From the NCBI GenBank assembly GCA_040954595.2, contig CM082587.2, forward strand, positions 2,571,000 to 2,634,999: a DNA stretch of 64,000 nt, given 5' to 3'. This stretch comes from Balanoglossus misakiensis. Taxonomy: Eukaryota; Animalia; Hemichordata. The notes beneath the pieces were generated by a model that was not told the origin of the DNA, did not search any database, and saw only the letters and a program-made list of their open reading frames with translations. The translations under genes and the position numbers were made by a program. Of the stretch, positions 9,924 through 24,500 are shown piece after piece. The stretch's first letter is position 1. Every line of letters begins with the position of its first letter.

Positions 9924-12900
9924 TGACATTGCTTGGACTGAAATGCCTTGTTTAACAACACAGCAAACGTAATGCAACCTTCGTGGAATAGTGTCGGTAT
10001 TTGGGGCGACGTTCTGGCAGCACCCTCCCAAGATGCAATGCTCTGACCCATCGTTTGAATGGCCGGGCTGAAGTTTCCGCTCGAGTGGAGCTCGCTGGGA
10101 AAATTCAGCCCACTGTAAAATCGAGTTGCCCTCCTAATCCCGACCTGCGCCGGTGTCAATACAAAACAGTGGCGTGGACTGGTTTTTCAACTCTCCAGGT
10201 CCATTCTTCGCTTTAAGTGATTTTACACGGCCTAATCTCCCCTTCCCACCCGGTAATCAAAATCCGGGAGGCCCTGAATACCGGTCCATGTTTTGATTTA
10301 TACAAATCCCCAGTGTCTTGGTTGTGAGGTGTATAATCTGGCCTCTTTGCCGATTGCTGAAAAAAAGGACCGCCCATTCATACATAGCGTATCTTACTAA
10401 ACATGGTGTTCACTTCAGCAACAACTTAATTACTCCGATATTGCTCCCATTGTCGGCCACTCTTGGCGCCCTTTGTGTGTTAACAAGAGACTCGATAACA
10501 TTTTGTGGTAAGATTTTCAACACAAACAAACAGCTGTGCGGAGAGAGTACTCGTCCTCTTTCACACTGTCCTTTTCCATTTGAGCATGACTCAACGAGCT
10601 GACCCAATAACCAGGCCGCCCGCTCAATTCAGCATGCAGCCCAAGACACTACTGACCCCCCCCCCCCCTCTCCGGCACGCAAACAGTATTTTCCGACCGC
10701 CACGCTATATATCCTCTGCAAACATCGTGATTGACAAAAAAAGTAAACTTACGGGGGGACTTTTTGCGAAAATCTAACAATTTTCGTATATCTGATAGTT
10801 TTGACTCTAGTGTAATAGAAAACGTTTGCCATGCACGTCGTAGATGGTATTTACAGCAGAGATTAGCGAGAATCCATTTTTGAATTGAGACCTTCTCAAC
10901 TATGCTATTTCTATTTTCTATTCAACCTAAGCCAAGACACGGATTATTTCATTGTCGATTATGATTGAATGTCGCTGATATAAGTCTGTTTCATTATTAT
11001 GTTTTTATTAGAATCCGAGGCAGTGAAAAAGATAGAACTTACAGATAATGTACTGTTCCCTTCATGAAATTTCTTGCAGTCGATTTAAGCCAAACACGGT
11101 AGCAACAGACAATAAAATCGTGTAAAAACTTTGATGAATTTTAGACTTACACTGATATTACGGGATCTAAAATTCCTGACGTGTGTACATTGCCCCTTAA
11201 AGCCACTTTGATATTATTTCTATAAATGACAGGGAATTTCAAGAAGATCCCCAACTACCGGGAAGAAACCTTCAACTGAGGAACCGCTTGTCTGGTAACA
11301 GAAGGTTGCTGTTGACCAGTTTTCGTCAGTCGGCCGCTCAGGCAGCAGACGATGGCCGCGACTGAAAGAGCCCGCCAGGAAGTTCATTAACTGGTCTTGT
11401 AAGACCTTTTGTCGAACAGCCAGTGGGTTGGTTAGTGATTAGACCGATCTTCATCACCACTTTTCTCTCCTTTCTTCTGTTTTTTCTTTCATTTCACATA
11501 TTGGTTACATGCTGTCCTTCTTCCATTGTGGTTCAGAGACTACGCATATTCCCCGAAGGGTTCCTACAACCTCCACATTTCAAAAAAGCCGGTCATCCCA
11601 GCGTTCGCTTTGATTCTTGTAGTCCCACTCCTTTCAATATAACTTTGCAATAAACGCGTTTTTGGGTGGGTTCGATTGAATATTGTCCCGGGGAAGAAAT
11701 GTCACGTTTTGTTCTCTCTTAGGATTTCCAGCGTGGCGGACGACTGCTGTCAGGGTAGAAGAAAATCAAGAGAAAATGGTGGAAATATATTTATATAAAT
11801 ACAACTGATTCGTACCGGTAATTGGACCTTTCAGCCAACTTGAAGGCTGATACTGAGAGATAGCCCATAACAGGCGGCAGATATGCGGCAATGGTATAAT
11901 CCTTACCCTATCCCAAACTGCAAATTAACTTAACTTGGTAGCGACCCAGAGTTTGCCGAGTGATCTCAGTTTTATTCATGATTTTACATTTTGTACAACA
12001 ACAAGCTTTATGGAAATTATGATTTGTGAGAGTTTCCGTGACCCATGTTGCATGTCCTTCGATGACTTTGAAAACAAATATTGCAGGTAACACGCAGTGC
12101 CACCTTATTGTGCACCAAATGCTCAGCCTGCACGAATATGAATATTTGCCCGCATAATTGCTTTTTTTTTTACAATTTTTCTGCATCACACCATATGAGC
12201 CGAAACCCGCACTTTTCAGAACTGGGTGCGTAATCAAGTTATTTTCACGACTGTCTCTCAATCGCGTTACTCTAAGCCCCCGTTTGTCCTTCTTCGTTTG
12301 TCCCCCTGTGGACGCTGGTTAAATAACGTAAATTTATAACAGAAAGCCAACGAAATTCTAGAAACTGTTTTGGGTAGTGGAGGGGATTAAAAAGCGCTTA
12401 TGCGGCATATTAAAGCAAACATGATTAATCTTAAGTGGAACACAAGGTGCTCGGATTAGCAAGGCATTTTGATAAAGGAGCAAAAAACGCGTTCCATTTT
12501 GACGTTTTAAAGGGAAACAGGCGTTCATAAAACTTCGATCTAGTCTAATCAAAGTTGGAACGATGTGAAATTTATATCGATCGGACCGGACAGGTGTTCC
12601 GCTATTGTCTATAGAATGTTCTGATTTGTGACATTGAACCGGGGCAATGACAATCTCCCCTTCTTCGCGGTATGTTTCTTTAAATTCACATTCGAAAATG
12701 TTCAGAAGGAAAAGATGTGTTAAAGTTAACGGTTTCTCAGTGTGTGGGTGACATTATCTGTTTGGTTCGAGCAGATGTTGTTCACGGACTTGTTAAAGCT
12801 GCGTGATCGTGACGTTGGTATTGGTGATCATGGGGGGGGGGGTACCCTTGAATCATGTTTGACGTCACACCGTTTGGGCGTTGCTGTGCCGACTTCTGAA

Positions 12901-13449
12901 AAAATGAGAGACGGGGAAATTATTATATGATGGCAACTGCGCGCCACCAGAAAAGACATTTACGCCCAAGTTGTATTCTTAATTGCAACAGGAAACAATT
13001 GAGGACTGACATCTAATCATTTTGTATTTGCAGACAATACAACGTCCGTCTGGGAACCGAACTTGGAAAAAAAATCTTGCAAATGGAAAACAATGGCCAT
13101 ACGGAACTCTTAAATGAATCGTGCCCCAGAAAGGCCACTGTTTTAATAAGATAGGGGTACGAGTTATACAAGTGAAATGTACATGGCGTGAGTGTTGAAA
13201 TGGGCATGATTAAAAAGCATGTGTACAACCTGAAAGCATTGAGGATTCGTGTTTTCAACTCTTTTTTGTTACCCGTTTGGTCTGCTATGCACAGAAGGTT
13301 CCATACGGTTCGAGTCACCACCGACACACACAAAATACGAACATATACAACTATTTATAAAATGATTTCCAATCGACTTAATTAAAGTGTTTGTTTTCAA
13401 TGTGGTGTACAACTGGTGGCCTATGGCAAAGCCTGTATGCATTGTTCTC

Positions 13450-14580
13450 TCGAAAATTGAAGAAATTTTGAAAATTCCCAAAGTCGAACAATTGTCATTT
13501 TCGGATGATTTTCATGAGCTATAACCCATGCTTTTTGTCGAAAATCGAAGAAATTTTGAAAATTACCAAAGTCGAAAAATTGTCATTTTCGGATGATTTT
13601 CATGAGCTATAACCCATGGTTTTTGTCGAAAATCGAAGAAATTTTGAAAATTCCCAAAGTCGAAAAATTGTCAATTCCGGATGTTTTTCATGAGCTATAA
13701 CCCATGGTTTTTGTCGAAAATCGAAGAAATTTTGAAAATTCCCAAAGTCGAAAAATTGTCATTTTCGGATGATTTTCATGAGCTATAACCCATGGTTTTT
13801 GTCGAAAATCGAAGAAATTTTGAAAATTCCCAAAGTCGAAAAATTGTCATTTTCGGATGATTTTCATGAGCTATAACCCATGGTTTTTGTCGAAAATCGA
13901 AGAAATTTTGAAAATTCCCAAAGTCGAAAAATTGTCAATTCCGGGTGTTTTTCATGAGCTATAACCCATGGTTTTTGTCGAAAATCGAAGAAATTTTGAA
14001 AATTCCCAAAGTCGAAAAATTGTCATTTTCGGATGATTTTCATGAGCTATAACCCATGGTTTTTGTCGAAAATCGAAGAAATTTTGAAAATTCCCAAAGT
14101 CGAAAAATTGTCATTTTCGGATGATTTTCATGAGCTATAACCCATGGTTTTTGTCGAAAATCGAAGAAATTTTGAAAATTCCCAAAGTCGAAAAATTGTC
14201 AATTCCGGATGTTTTTCATGAGCTATAACCCATGGTTTTTGTCGAAAATCGAAGAAATTTTGAAAATTCCCAAAGACGAAAAATTGTCATTTCCGGATGA
14301 TTTTCATGAGCTATAACCCATGGTTTTTGTCGAAAATCGAAGAAATTTTGAAAATTCCCAAAGTCGAAAAATTGTCATTTTCGGATGATTTTCATGAGCT
14401 ATAACCCATGGTTTTTGTCGAAAATCGAAGAAATTTTGAAAATTCGCAAAGTCGAAAAATTGTCATTTTCGGATGATTTTCATGAGCTATAACCCATGCT
14501 TTTTGTCGAAAATCGAAGAAATTTTGAAAATTCCCAAAGCCGAAAAATTGTCATTTTTGGACGATTTTCATGAGCTATAA
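13450..14580 (+). repeat. Satellite left edge: 88-bp variant A (~13 copies)
   Basis: Unit gagctataacccatggtttttgtcgaaaatcgaagaaattttgaaaattcccaaagtcgaaaaattgtcattttcggatgattttcat. Confidence 0.95.
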
Positions 14581-15540
14581 CCCATGATTTTTTCAAAAAT
14601 CGGCCAAATATTGAAATTCCGCAAAGTCGAAAAATTGTCATTTCTGGACGATTTTCATGAGCTATAACCCATGATTTTTTCAAAAATCGGCCAAATTTTA
14701 AAATTCCGCAAAGTCGAAAAATTGTCATTTCTGGACGATTTTCATGAGCTATAACCCATGGTTTTTTCAAAAAATGACCAAATTTTCAAAATTCGCAAAG
14801 TCGAAAAATCTTCGATTTTTGACGATTTTCCTGAGCTATAACCCATGATTTTTTCAAAAAATGACCAAATTTTCAAAATTCGCAAAGTCGAAAAATCTTC
14901 GATTTTTGACGATTTTCCTGAGCTATAACCCATGATTTTTTCAAAAAATGACCAAATTTTCAAAATTCGCAAAGTCGAAAAATCTTCGATTTTTGACGAT
15001 TTTCCTGAGCTATAACCCATGATTTTTTCAAAAAATGACCAAATTTTCAAAATTCGCAAAGTCGAAAAATCTTCGATTTTTGACGATTTTCCTGAGCTAT
15101 AACCCATGATTTTTTCAAAAAATGACCAAATTTTCAAAATTCGCAAAGTCGAAAAACCTTCGATATTTGACGATTTTCCTGAGCTATAACCCATGATTTT
15201 TTCAAAAAATGACCAAATTTTCAAAATTCGCAAAGTCGAAAAATTGTCATTTTTGGACGATTTTCATGAGCTATAACCCATGATTTTTTCAAAAATCGGC
15301 CAAATTTTGAAATTCCGCAAAGTCGAAAAATTGTCATTTCTGGACGATTTTCATGAGCTATAACCCATGATTTTTTCAAAAATCGGCCAAATTTTAAAAT
15401 TCTGCAAAGTCGAAAAATTGTCATTTTTGGACGATTTTCATGAGCTATAACCCATGATTTTTTCAAAAATCGGCCAAATTTTGAAATTCCGCAAAGTCGA
15501 AAAATTGTCATTTCTGGACGATTTTCATGAGCTATAACCC
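14581..15540 (+). repeat. Satellite transition zone: 87-bp variant B interleaved with variant C
   Basis: B units (aaaaatcggccaaa..ttccgcaaag..ttgtcatttctggacg) at ~14581-14750 and ~15270-15535 surround 5-6 C units. Confidence 0.9.
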
Positions 15541-18536
15541 ATGGTTTTTTCAAAAAATGACCAAATTTTAAAAATTCGCAAAGTCGAAAAATCTTCGATT
15601 TTTGACGATTTTCCTGAGCTATAACCCATGATTTTTTCAAAAAATGACCAAATTTTCAAAATTCGCAAAGTCGAAAAATCTTCGATTTTTGACGATTTTC
15701 CTGAGCTATAACCCATGATTTTTTCAAAAAATGACCAAATTTTCAAAATTCGCAAAGTCGAAAAATCTTCGATTTTTGACGATTTTCCTGAGCTATAACC
15801 CATGATTTTTTCAAAAAATGACCAAATTTTCAAAATTCGCAAAGTCGAAAAATCTTCGATTTTTGACGATTTTCCTGAGCTATAACCCATGATTTTTTCA
15901 AAAAATGACCAAATTTTCAAAATTCGCAAAGTCGAAAAATCTTCGATATTTGACGATTTTCCTGAGCTATAACCCATGATTTTTTCAAAAAATGACCAAA
16001 TTTTCAAAATTCGCAAAGTCGAAAAATCTTCGATTTTTGACGATTTTCCTGAGCTATAACCCATGATTTTTTCAAAAAATGACCAAATTTTCAAAATTCG
16101 CAAAGTCGAAAAATCTTCGATTTTTGACGATTTTCCTGAGCTATAACCCATGATTTTTTCAAAAAATGACCAAATTTTCAAAATTCGCAAAGTCGAAAAA
16201 TCTTCGATTTTTGACGATTTTCCTGAGCTATAACCCATGATTTTTTCAAAAAATGACCAAATTTCGAGATTTCGCAAAGTCGAAAAATCTTCGATTTTTG
16301 ACGATTTTCCTGAGCTATAACCCATGATTTTTTCAAAAAATGACCAAATTTTCAAAATTCGCAAAGTCGAAAAATCTTCGATTTTTGACGATTTTCCTGA
16401 GCTATAACCCATGATTTTTTCAAAAAATGACCAAATTTTCAAAATTCGCAAAGTCGAAAAATCTTCGATTTTTGACGATTTTCCTGAGCTATAACCCATG
16501 ATTTTTTCAAAAAATGACCAAATTTCGAGATTTCGCAAAGTCGAAAAATCTTCGATTTTTGACGATTTTCCTGAGCTATAACCCATGATTTTTTCAAAAA
16601 ATGACCAAATTTCGAGATTTCGCAAAGTCGAAAAATCTTCGATTTTTGACGATTTTCCTGAGCTATAACCCATGATTTTTTCAAAAAATGACCAAATTTC
16701 GAGATTTCGCAAAGTCGAAAAATCTTCGATTTTTGACGATTTTCCTGAGCTATAACCCATGATTTTTTCAAAAAATGACCAAATTTTCAAAATTCGCAAA
16801 GTCGAAAAATCTTCGATTTTTGACGATTTTCCTGAGCTATAACCCATGACTTTTTCAAAAAATGACAAAATTTTCAAAATTCGCAAAGTCGAAAAATCTT
16901 CGATTTTTGACGATTTTCCTGAGCTATAACCCATGATTTTTTCAAAAAATGACCAAATTTTCAAAATTCTCAAAGTCGAAAAATCTTCGATTTTTGACGA
17001 TTTTCCTGAGCTATAACCCATGATTTTTTCAAAAAATGACCAAATTTTCAAAATTCGCAAAGTCGAAAAATCTTCGATTTTTGACGATTTTCCTGAGCTA
17101 TAACCCATGATTTTTTCAAAAAATGACCAAATTTTCAAAATTCGCAAAGTCGAAAAATCTTCGATTTTTGACGATTTTCCTGAGCTATAATCCATGATTT
17201 TTTCAAAAAATGACCAAATTTCGAGATTTCGCAAAGTCGAAAAATCTTCGATTTTTGACGATTTTCCTGAGCTATAACCCATGATTTTTTCAAAAAATGA
17301 CCAAATTTTCAAAATTCGCAAAGTCGAAAAATCTTCGATTTTTGACGATTTTCCTGAGCTATAACCCATGATTTTTTCAAAAAATGACCAAATTTTCAAA
17401 ATTCGCAAAGTCGAAAAATCTTCGATTTTTGACGATTTTCCTGAGCTATAACCCATGATTTTTTCAAAAAATGACCAAATTTCGAGATTTCGCAAAGTCT
17501 AAAAATCTTCGATTTTTGACGATTTTCCTGAGCTATAACCCATGATTTTTTCAAAAAATGACCAAATTTTCAAAATTCGCAAAGTCGAAAAATCTTCGAT
17601 TTTTGACGATTTTCCTGAGCTATAACCCATGATTTTTTCAAAAAATGACCAAATTTTCAAAATTCGCAAAGTCGAAAAATCTTCGATTTTTGACGATTTT
17701 CCTGAGCTATAACCCATGATTTTTTCAAAAAATGACCAAATTTTCAAAATTCGCAAAGTCGAAAAATCTTCGATTTTTGACGATTTTCCTGAGCTATAAC
17801 CCATGATTTTTTCAAAAAATGACCAAATTTTCAAAATTCGCAAAGTCGAAAAATCTTCGATTTTTGACGATTTTCCTGAGCTATAACCCATGATTTTTTC
17901 AAAAAATGACCAAATTTTCAAAATTCTCAAAGTCGAAAAATCTTCGATTTTTGACGATTTTCCTGAGCTATAACCCATGATTTTTTCAAAAAATGACCAA
18001 ATTTTCAAAATTCGCAAAGTCGAAAAATCTTCGATTTTTGACGATTTTCCTGAGCTATAACCCATGATTTTTTCAAAAAATGACCAAATTTTCAAAATTC
18101 GCAAAGTCGAAAAATCTTCGATTTTTGACGATTTTCCTGAGCTATAATCCATGATTTTTTCAAAAAATGACCAAATTTTCAAAATTCGCAAAGTCGAAAA
18201 ATCTTCGATTTTTGACGATTTTCCTGAGCTATAACCCATGATTTTTTCAAAAAATGACCAAATTTCGAGATTTCGCAAAGTCGAAAAATCTTCGATTTTT
18301 GACGATTTTCCTGAGCTATAACCCATGATTTTTTCAAAAAATGACCAAATTTTCAAAATTCGCAAAGTCGAAAAATCTTCGATTTTTGACGATTTTCCTG
18401 AGCTATAACCCATGATTTTTTCAAAAAATGACCAAATTTTCAAAATTCGCAAAGTCGAAAAATCTTCGATTTTTGACGATTTTCCTGAGCTATAACCCAT
18501 GATTTTTTCAAAAAATGACCAAATTTTCAAAATTCG
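15541..18536 (+). repeat. Satellite core variant C, forward orientation (~34 copies)
   Basis: Unit gagctataacccatgattttttcaaaaaatgaccaaattttcaaaattcgcaaagtcgaaaaatcttcgatttttgacgattttcct. Confidence 0.97.
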
Positions 18537-21500
18537 AAATTTGGTCATTTTTTGAAAAAATCATGGGTTATAGCTCAGGAAAATCGTCAAAAATCGAAGA
18601 TTTTTCGACTTTGCGAAATCTCGAAATTTGGTCATTTTTTGAAAAAATCATGGGTTATAGCTCAGGAAAATCGTCAAAAATCGAAGATTTTTCGACTTTG
18701 CGAATTTTGAAAATTTGGTCATTTTTTGAAAAAATCATGGGTTATAGCTCAGGAAAATCGTCAAAAATCGAAGATTTTTCGACTTTGCGAATTTTGAAAA
18801 TTTGGTCATTTTTTGAAAAAATCATGGGTTATAGCTCAGGAAAATCGTCAAAAATCGAAGATTTTTCGACTTTGCGAAATCTCGAAATTTGGTCATTTTT
18901 TGAAAAAATCATGGGTTATAGCTCAGGAAAATCGTCAAAAATCGAAGATTTTTCGACTTTGCGAATTTTGAAAGTTTGGTCATTTTTTGAAAAAATCATG
19001 GGTTATAGCTCAGGAAAATGGTCAAAAATCGAAGATTTTTCGACTTTGCGAATTTTGAAAATTTGGTAATTTTTTGAAAAAATCATGGGTTATAGCTCAG
19101 GAAAATCGTCAAAAATCGAAGATTTTTCGACTTTGCTAATTTTGAAAATTTGGTCATTTTTTGAAAAAATCATGGGTTATAGCTCAGGAAAATCGTCAAA
19201 TATCGAAGATTTTTCGACTTTGCGAATTTTGAAAATTTGGTCATTTTTTGAAAAAATCATGGGTTATAGCTCAGGAAAATCGTCAAAAATCGAAGATTTT
19301 TCGACTTTGCGAAATCTCGAAATTTGGTCATTTTTTGAAAAAATCATGGGTTATAGCTCAGGAAAATCGTCAAAAATCGAAGATTTTTCGACTTTGCGAA
19401 ATCTCGAAATTTGGTCATTTTTTGAAAAAATCATGGGTTATAGCTCAGGAAAATCGTCAAAAATCGAAGATTTTTCGACTTTTCAAATTTTGAAAATTTG
19501 GTCATTTTTTGAAAAAATCATGGGTTATAGCTCAGGAAAATCGTCAAAAATCGAAGATTTTTCGACTTTGCGAATTCTCGAAATTTGGTCATTTTTTGAA
19601 AAAATCATGGGTTATAGCTCAGGAAAATCGTCAAAAATCGAAGATTTTTCGACTTTGCGAATTTTGAAAATTTGGTCATTTTTTGAAAAAATCATGGGTT
19701 ATAGCTCAGGAAAATCGTCAAAAATCGAAGATTTTTCGACTTTGCGAATTTTGAAAATTTGGTCATTTTTTGAAAAAATCATGGGTTATAGCTCAGGAAA
19801 ATCGTCAAATATCGAAGATTTTTCGACTTTGCGAATTTTGAAAATTTGGTCATTTTTTGAAAAAATCATGGGTTATAGCTCAGGAAAATCGTCAAAAATC
19901 GAAGATTTTTCGACTTTGCGAAATCTCGAAATTTGGTCATTTTTTGAAAAAATCATGGGTTATAGCTCAGGAAAATCGTCAAAAATCGAAGATTTTTCGA
20001 CTTTGCGAAATCTCGAAATTTGGTCATTTTTTGAAAAAATCATGGGTTATAGCTCAGGAAAATCGTCAAAAATCGAAGATTTTTCGACTTTTCGAATTTT
20101 GAAAATTTGGTCATTTTTTGAAAAAATCATGGGTTATAGCTCAGGAAAATCGTCAAAAATCGAAGATTTTTCGACTTCGCGAAATCTCGAAATTTGGTCA
20201 TTTTTTGAAAAAATCATGGGTTATAGCTCAGGAAAATCGTCAAAAATCGAAGATTTTTCGACTTTGCGAATTTTGAAAATTTGGTCATTTTTTGAAAAAA
20301 TCATGGGTTATAGCTCAGGAAAATCGTCAAAAATCGAAGATTTTTCGACTTTGCGAATTTTGAAAATTTGGTCATTTTTTGAAAAAATCATGGGTTATAG
20401 CTCAGGAAAATCGTCAAATATCGAAGATTTTTCGACTTTGCGAATTTTGAAAATTTGGTCATTTTTTGAAAAAATCATGGGTTATAGCTCAGGAAAATCG
20501 TCAAAAATCGAAGATTTTTCGACTTTGCGAAATCTCGAAATTTGGTCATTTTTTGAAAAAATCATGGGTTATAGCTCAGGAAAATCGTCAAAAATCGAAG
20601 ATTTTTCGACTTTGCGAATTTTGAAAATTTGGTCATTTTTTTTAAAAAATCATGGGTTATAGCTCAGGAAAATCGTCAAAAATCGAAGATTTTTCGACTT
20701 TTCGAATTTTGAAAATTTGGTCATTTTTTGAAAAAATCATGGGTTATAGCTCAGGAAAATCGTCAAAAATCGAAGATTTTTCGACTTCGCGAAATCTCGA
20801 AATTTGGTCATTTTTTGAAAAAATCATGGGTTATAGCTCAGGAAAATCGTCAAAAATCGAAGATTTTTCGACTTTGCGAATTTTGAAAAGTTGGTCATTT
20901 TTTGAAAAAATCATGGGTTATAGCTCAGGAAAATCGTCAAAAATCGAAGATTTTTCGACTTTGCGAATTTTGAAAATTTGGTCATTTTTTGAAAAAATCA
21001 TGGGTTATAGCTCAGGAAAATCGTCAAATATCGAAGATTTTTCGACTTTGCGAATTTTGAAAATTTGGTCATTTTTTGAAAAAATCATGGGTTATAGCTC
21101 AGGAAAATCGTCAAAAATCGAAGATTTTTCGACTTTGCGAAATCTCGAAATTTGGTCATTTTTTGAAAAAATCATGGGTTATAGCTCAGGAAAATCGTCA
21201 AAAATCGAAGATTTTTCGACTTTGCGAAATCTCGAAATTTGGTCATTTTTTGAAAAAATCATGGGTTATAGCTCAGGAAAATCGTCAAAAATCGAAGATT
21301 TTTCGACTTTTCGAATTTTGAAAATTTGGTCATTTTTTGAAAAAATCATGGGTTATAGCTCAGGAAAATCGTCAAAAATCGAAGATTTTTCGACTTCGCG
21401 AAATCTCGAAATTTGGTCATTTTTTGAAAAAATCATGGGTTATAGCTCAGGAAAATCGTCAAAAATCGAAGATTTTTCGACTTTGCGAATTTTGAAAATT

Positions 21501-24500
21501 TGGTCATTTTTTGAAAAAATCTTGGGTTATAGCTCAGGAAAATCGTCAAAAATCGAAGATTTTTCGACTTTGCGAAATCTCGAAATTTGGTCATTTTTTG
21601 AAAAAATCATGGGTTATAGCTCAGGAAAATCGTCAAAAATCGAAGATTTTTCGACTTTGCGAATTTTGAAAATTTGGTCATTTTTTGAAAAAATCATGGG
21701 TTATAGCTCAGGAAAATCGTCAAAAATCGAAGATTTTTCGACTTTGCGAAATCTCGAAATTTGGTCATTTTTTGAAAAAATCATGGGTTATAGCTCAGGA
21801 AAATCGTCAAAAATCGAAGATTTTTCGACTTTGCGAAATCTCGAAATTTGGTCATTTTTTGAAAAAATCATGGGTTATAGCTCAGGAAAATCGTCAAAAA
21901 TCGAAGATTTTTCGACTTTTCGAATTTTGAAAATTTGGTCATTTTTTGAAAAAATCATGGGTTATAGCTCAGGAAAATCGTCAAAAATCGAAGATTTTTC
22001 GACTTCGCGAAATCTCGAAATTTGGTCATTTTTTGAAAAAATCATGGGTTATAGCTCAGGAAAATCGTCAAAAATCGAAGATTTTTCGACTTTGCGAATT
22101 TTGAAAATTTGGTCATTTTTTGAAAAAATCATGGGTTATAGCTCAGGAAAATCGTCAAAAATCGAAGATTTTTCGACTTTGCGAAATCTCGAAATTTGGT
22201 CATTTTTTGAAAAAATCATGGGTTATAGCTCAGGAAAATCGTCAAAAATCGAAGATTTTTCGACTTTGCGAATTTTGAAAATTTGGTCATTTTTTGAAAA
22301 AATCATGGGTTATAGCTCAGGAAAATCGTCAAATATCGAAGATTTTTCGACTTTGCGAAATCTCGAAATTTGGTCATTTTTTGAAAAAATCATGGGTTAT
22401 AGCTCAGGAAAATCGTCAAAAATCGAAGATTTTTCGACTTTGCGAATTTTGAAAATTTGGTCATTTTTTGAAAAAATCATGGGTTATAGCTCAGGAAAAT
22501 GGTCAAAAATCGAAGATTTTTCGACTTTGCGAATTTTGAAAATTTGGTCATTTTTTGAAAAAATCATGGGTTATAGCTCAGGAAAATCGTCAAAAATCGA
22601 AGATTTTTCGACTTTGCGAATTCTCGAAATTTGGTCATTTTTTGAAAAAATCATGGGTTATAGCTCAGGAAAATCGTCAAAAATCGAAGATTTTTCGACT
22701 TTGCGAATTTTGAAAATTTGGTCATTTTTTGAAAAAATCATGGGTTATAGCTCAGGAAAATCGTCAAAAATCGAAGATTTTTCGACTTTGCGAATTTTGA
22801 AAATTTTGTCATTTTTTGAAAAAATCATGGGTTATAGCTCAGGAAAATCGTCAAAAATCGAAGATATTTCGACTTTGCGAATTTTGAAAATTTGGTCATT
22901 TTTTGAAAAAATCATGGGTTATAGCTCAGGAAAATCGTCAAATATCGAAGATTTTTCGACTTTGCGAATTTTGAAAATTTGGTCATTTTTTGAAAAAATC
23001 ATGGGTTATAGCTCAGGAAAATCGTCAAAAATCGAAGATTTTTCGACTTTGCGAAATCTCGAAATTTGGTCATTTTTTGAAAAAATCATGGGTTATAGCT
23101 CAGGAAAATCGTCAAAAATCGAAGATTTTTCGACTTTGCGAATTTTGAAAATTTGGTCATTTTTTGAAAAAATCATGGGTTATAGCTCAGGAAAATCGTC
23201 AAAAATCGAAGATTTTTCGACTTTGCGAAATCTCGAAATTTGGTCATTTTTTGAAAAAATCATGGGTTATAGCTCAGGAAAATCGTCAAAAATCGAAGAT
23301 TTTTCGACTTTGCGAAATCTTGAAATTTGGTCATTTTTTGAAAAAATCATGGGTTATAGCTCAGGAAAATCGTCAAAAATCGAAGATTTTTCGACTTTTC
23401 GAATTTTGAAAATTTGGTCATTTTTTGAAAAAATCATGGGTTATAGCTCAGGAAAATCGTCAAAAATCGAAGATTTTTCGACTTCGCGAAATCTCGAAAT
23501 TTGGTCATTTTTTGAAAAAATCATGGGTTATAGCTCAGGAAAATCGTCAAAAATCGAAGATTTTTCGACTTTGCGAATTTTGAAAATTTGGTCATTTTTT
23601 GAAAAAATCATGGGTTATAGCTCAGGAAAATCGTCAAAAATCGAAGATTTTTCGACTTTGCGAAATCTCGAAATTTGGTCATTTTTTGAAAAAATCATGG
23701 GTTATAGCTCAGGAAAATCGTCAAAAATCGAAGATTTTTCGACTTTGCGAATTTTGAAAATTTGGTCATTTTTTGAAAAAATCATGGGTTATAGCTCAGG
23801 AAAATCGTCAAATATCGAAGATTTTTCGACTTTGCGAAATCTCGAAATTTGGTCATTTTTTGAAAAAATCATGGGTTATAGCTCAGGAAAATCGTCAAAA
23901 ATCGAAGATTTTTCGACTTTGCGAATTTTGAAAATTTGGTCATTTTTTGAAAAAATCATGGGTTATAGCTCAGGAAAATGGTCAAAAATCGAAGATTTTT
24001 CGACTTTGCGAATTTTGAAAATTTGGTCATTTTTTGAAAAAATCATGGGTTATAGCTCAGGAAAATCGTCAAAAATCGAAGATTTTTCGACTTTGCGTAT
24101 TCTCGAAATTTGGTCATTTTTTGAAAAAATCATGGGTTATAGCTCAGGAAAATCGTCAAAAATCGAAGATTTTTCGACTTTGCGAATTTTGAAAATTTGG
24201 TCATTTTTTGAAAAAATCATGGGTTATTGCTCAGGAAAATCGTCAAAAATCGAAGATTTTTCGACTTTGCGAATTTTGAAAATTTTGTCATTTTTTGAAA
24301 AAATCATGGGTTATAGCTCAGGAAAATCGTCAAAAATCGAAGATATTTCGACTTTGCGAATTTTGAAAATTTGGTCATTTTTTGAAAAAATCATGGGTTA
24401 TAGCTCAGGAAAATCGTCAAATATCGAAGATTTTTCGACTTTGCGAATTTTGAAAATTTGGTCATTTTTTGAAAAAATCATGGGTTATAGCTCAGGAAAA

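Noticed and set aside
9579-10159. Poly-His and poly-Ile ORFs on the minus strand
   Set aside because: They are translations of the (ATG)n microsatellite.
10749-11200. Possible TTAA-flanked non-autonomous DNA transposon (ttacgggggg ... gccccttaa)
   Set aside because: The terminal match is only ~8 bp with mismatches, which is insufficient without a genome-wide copy search.
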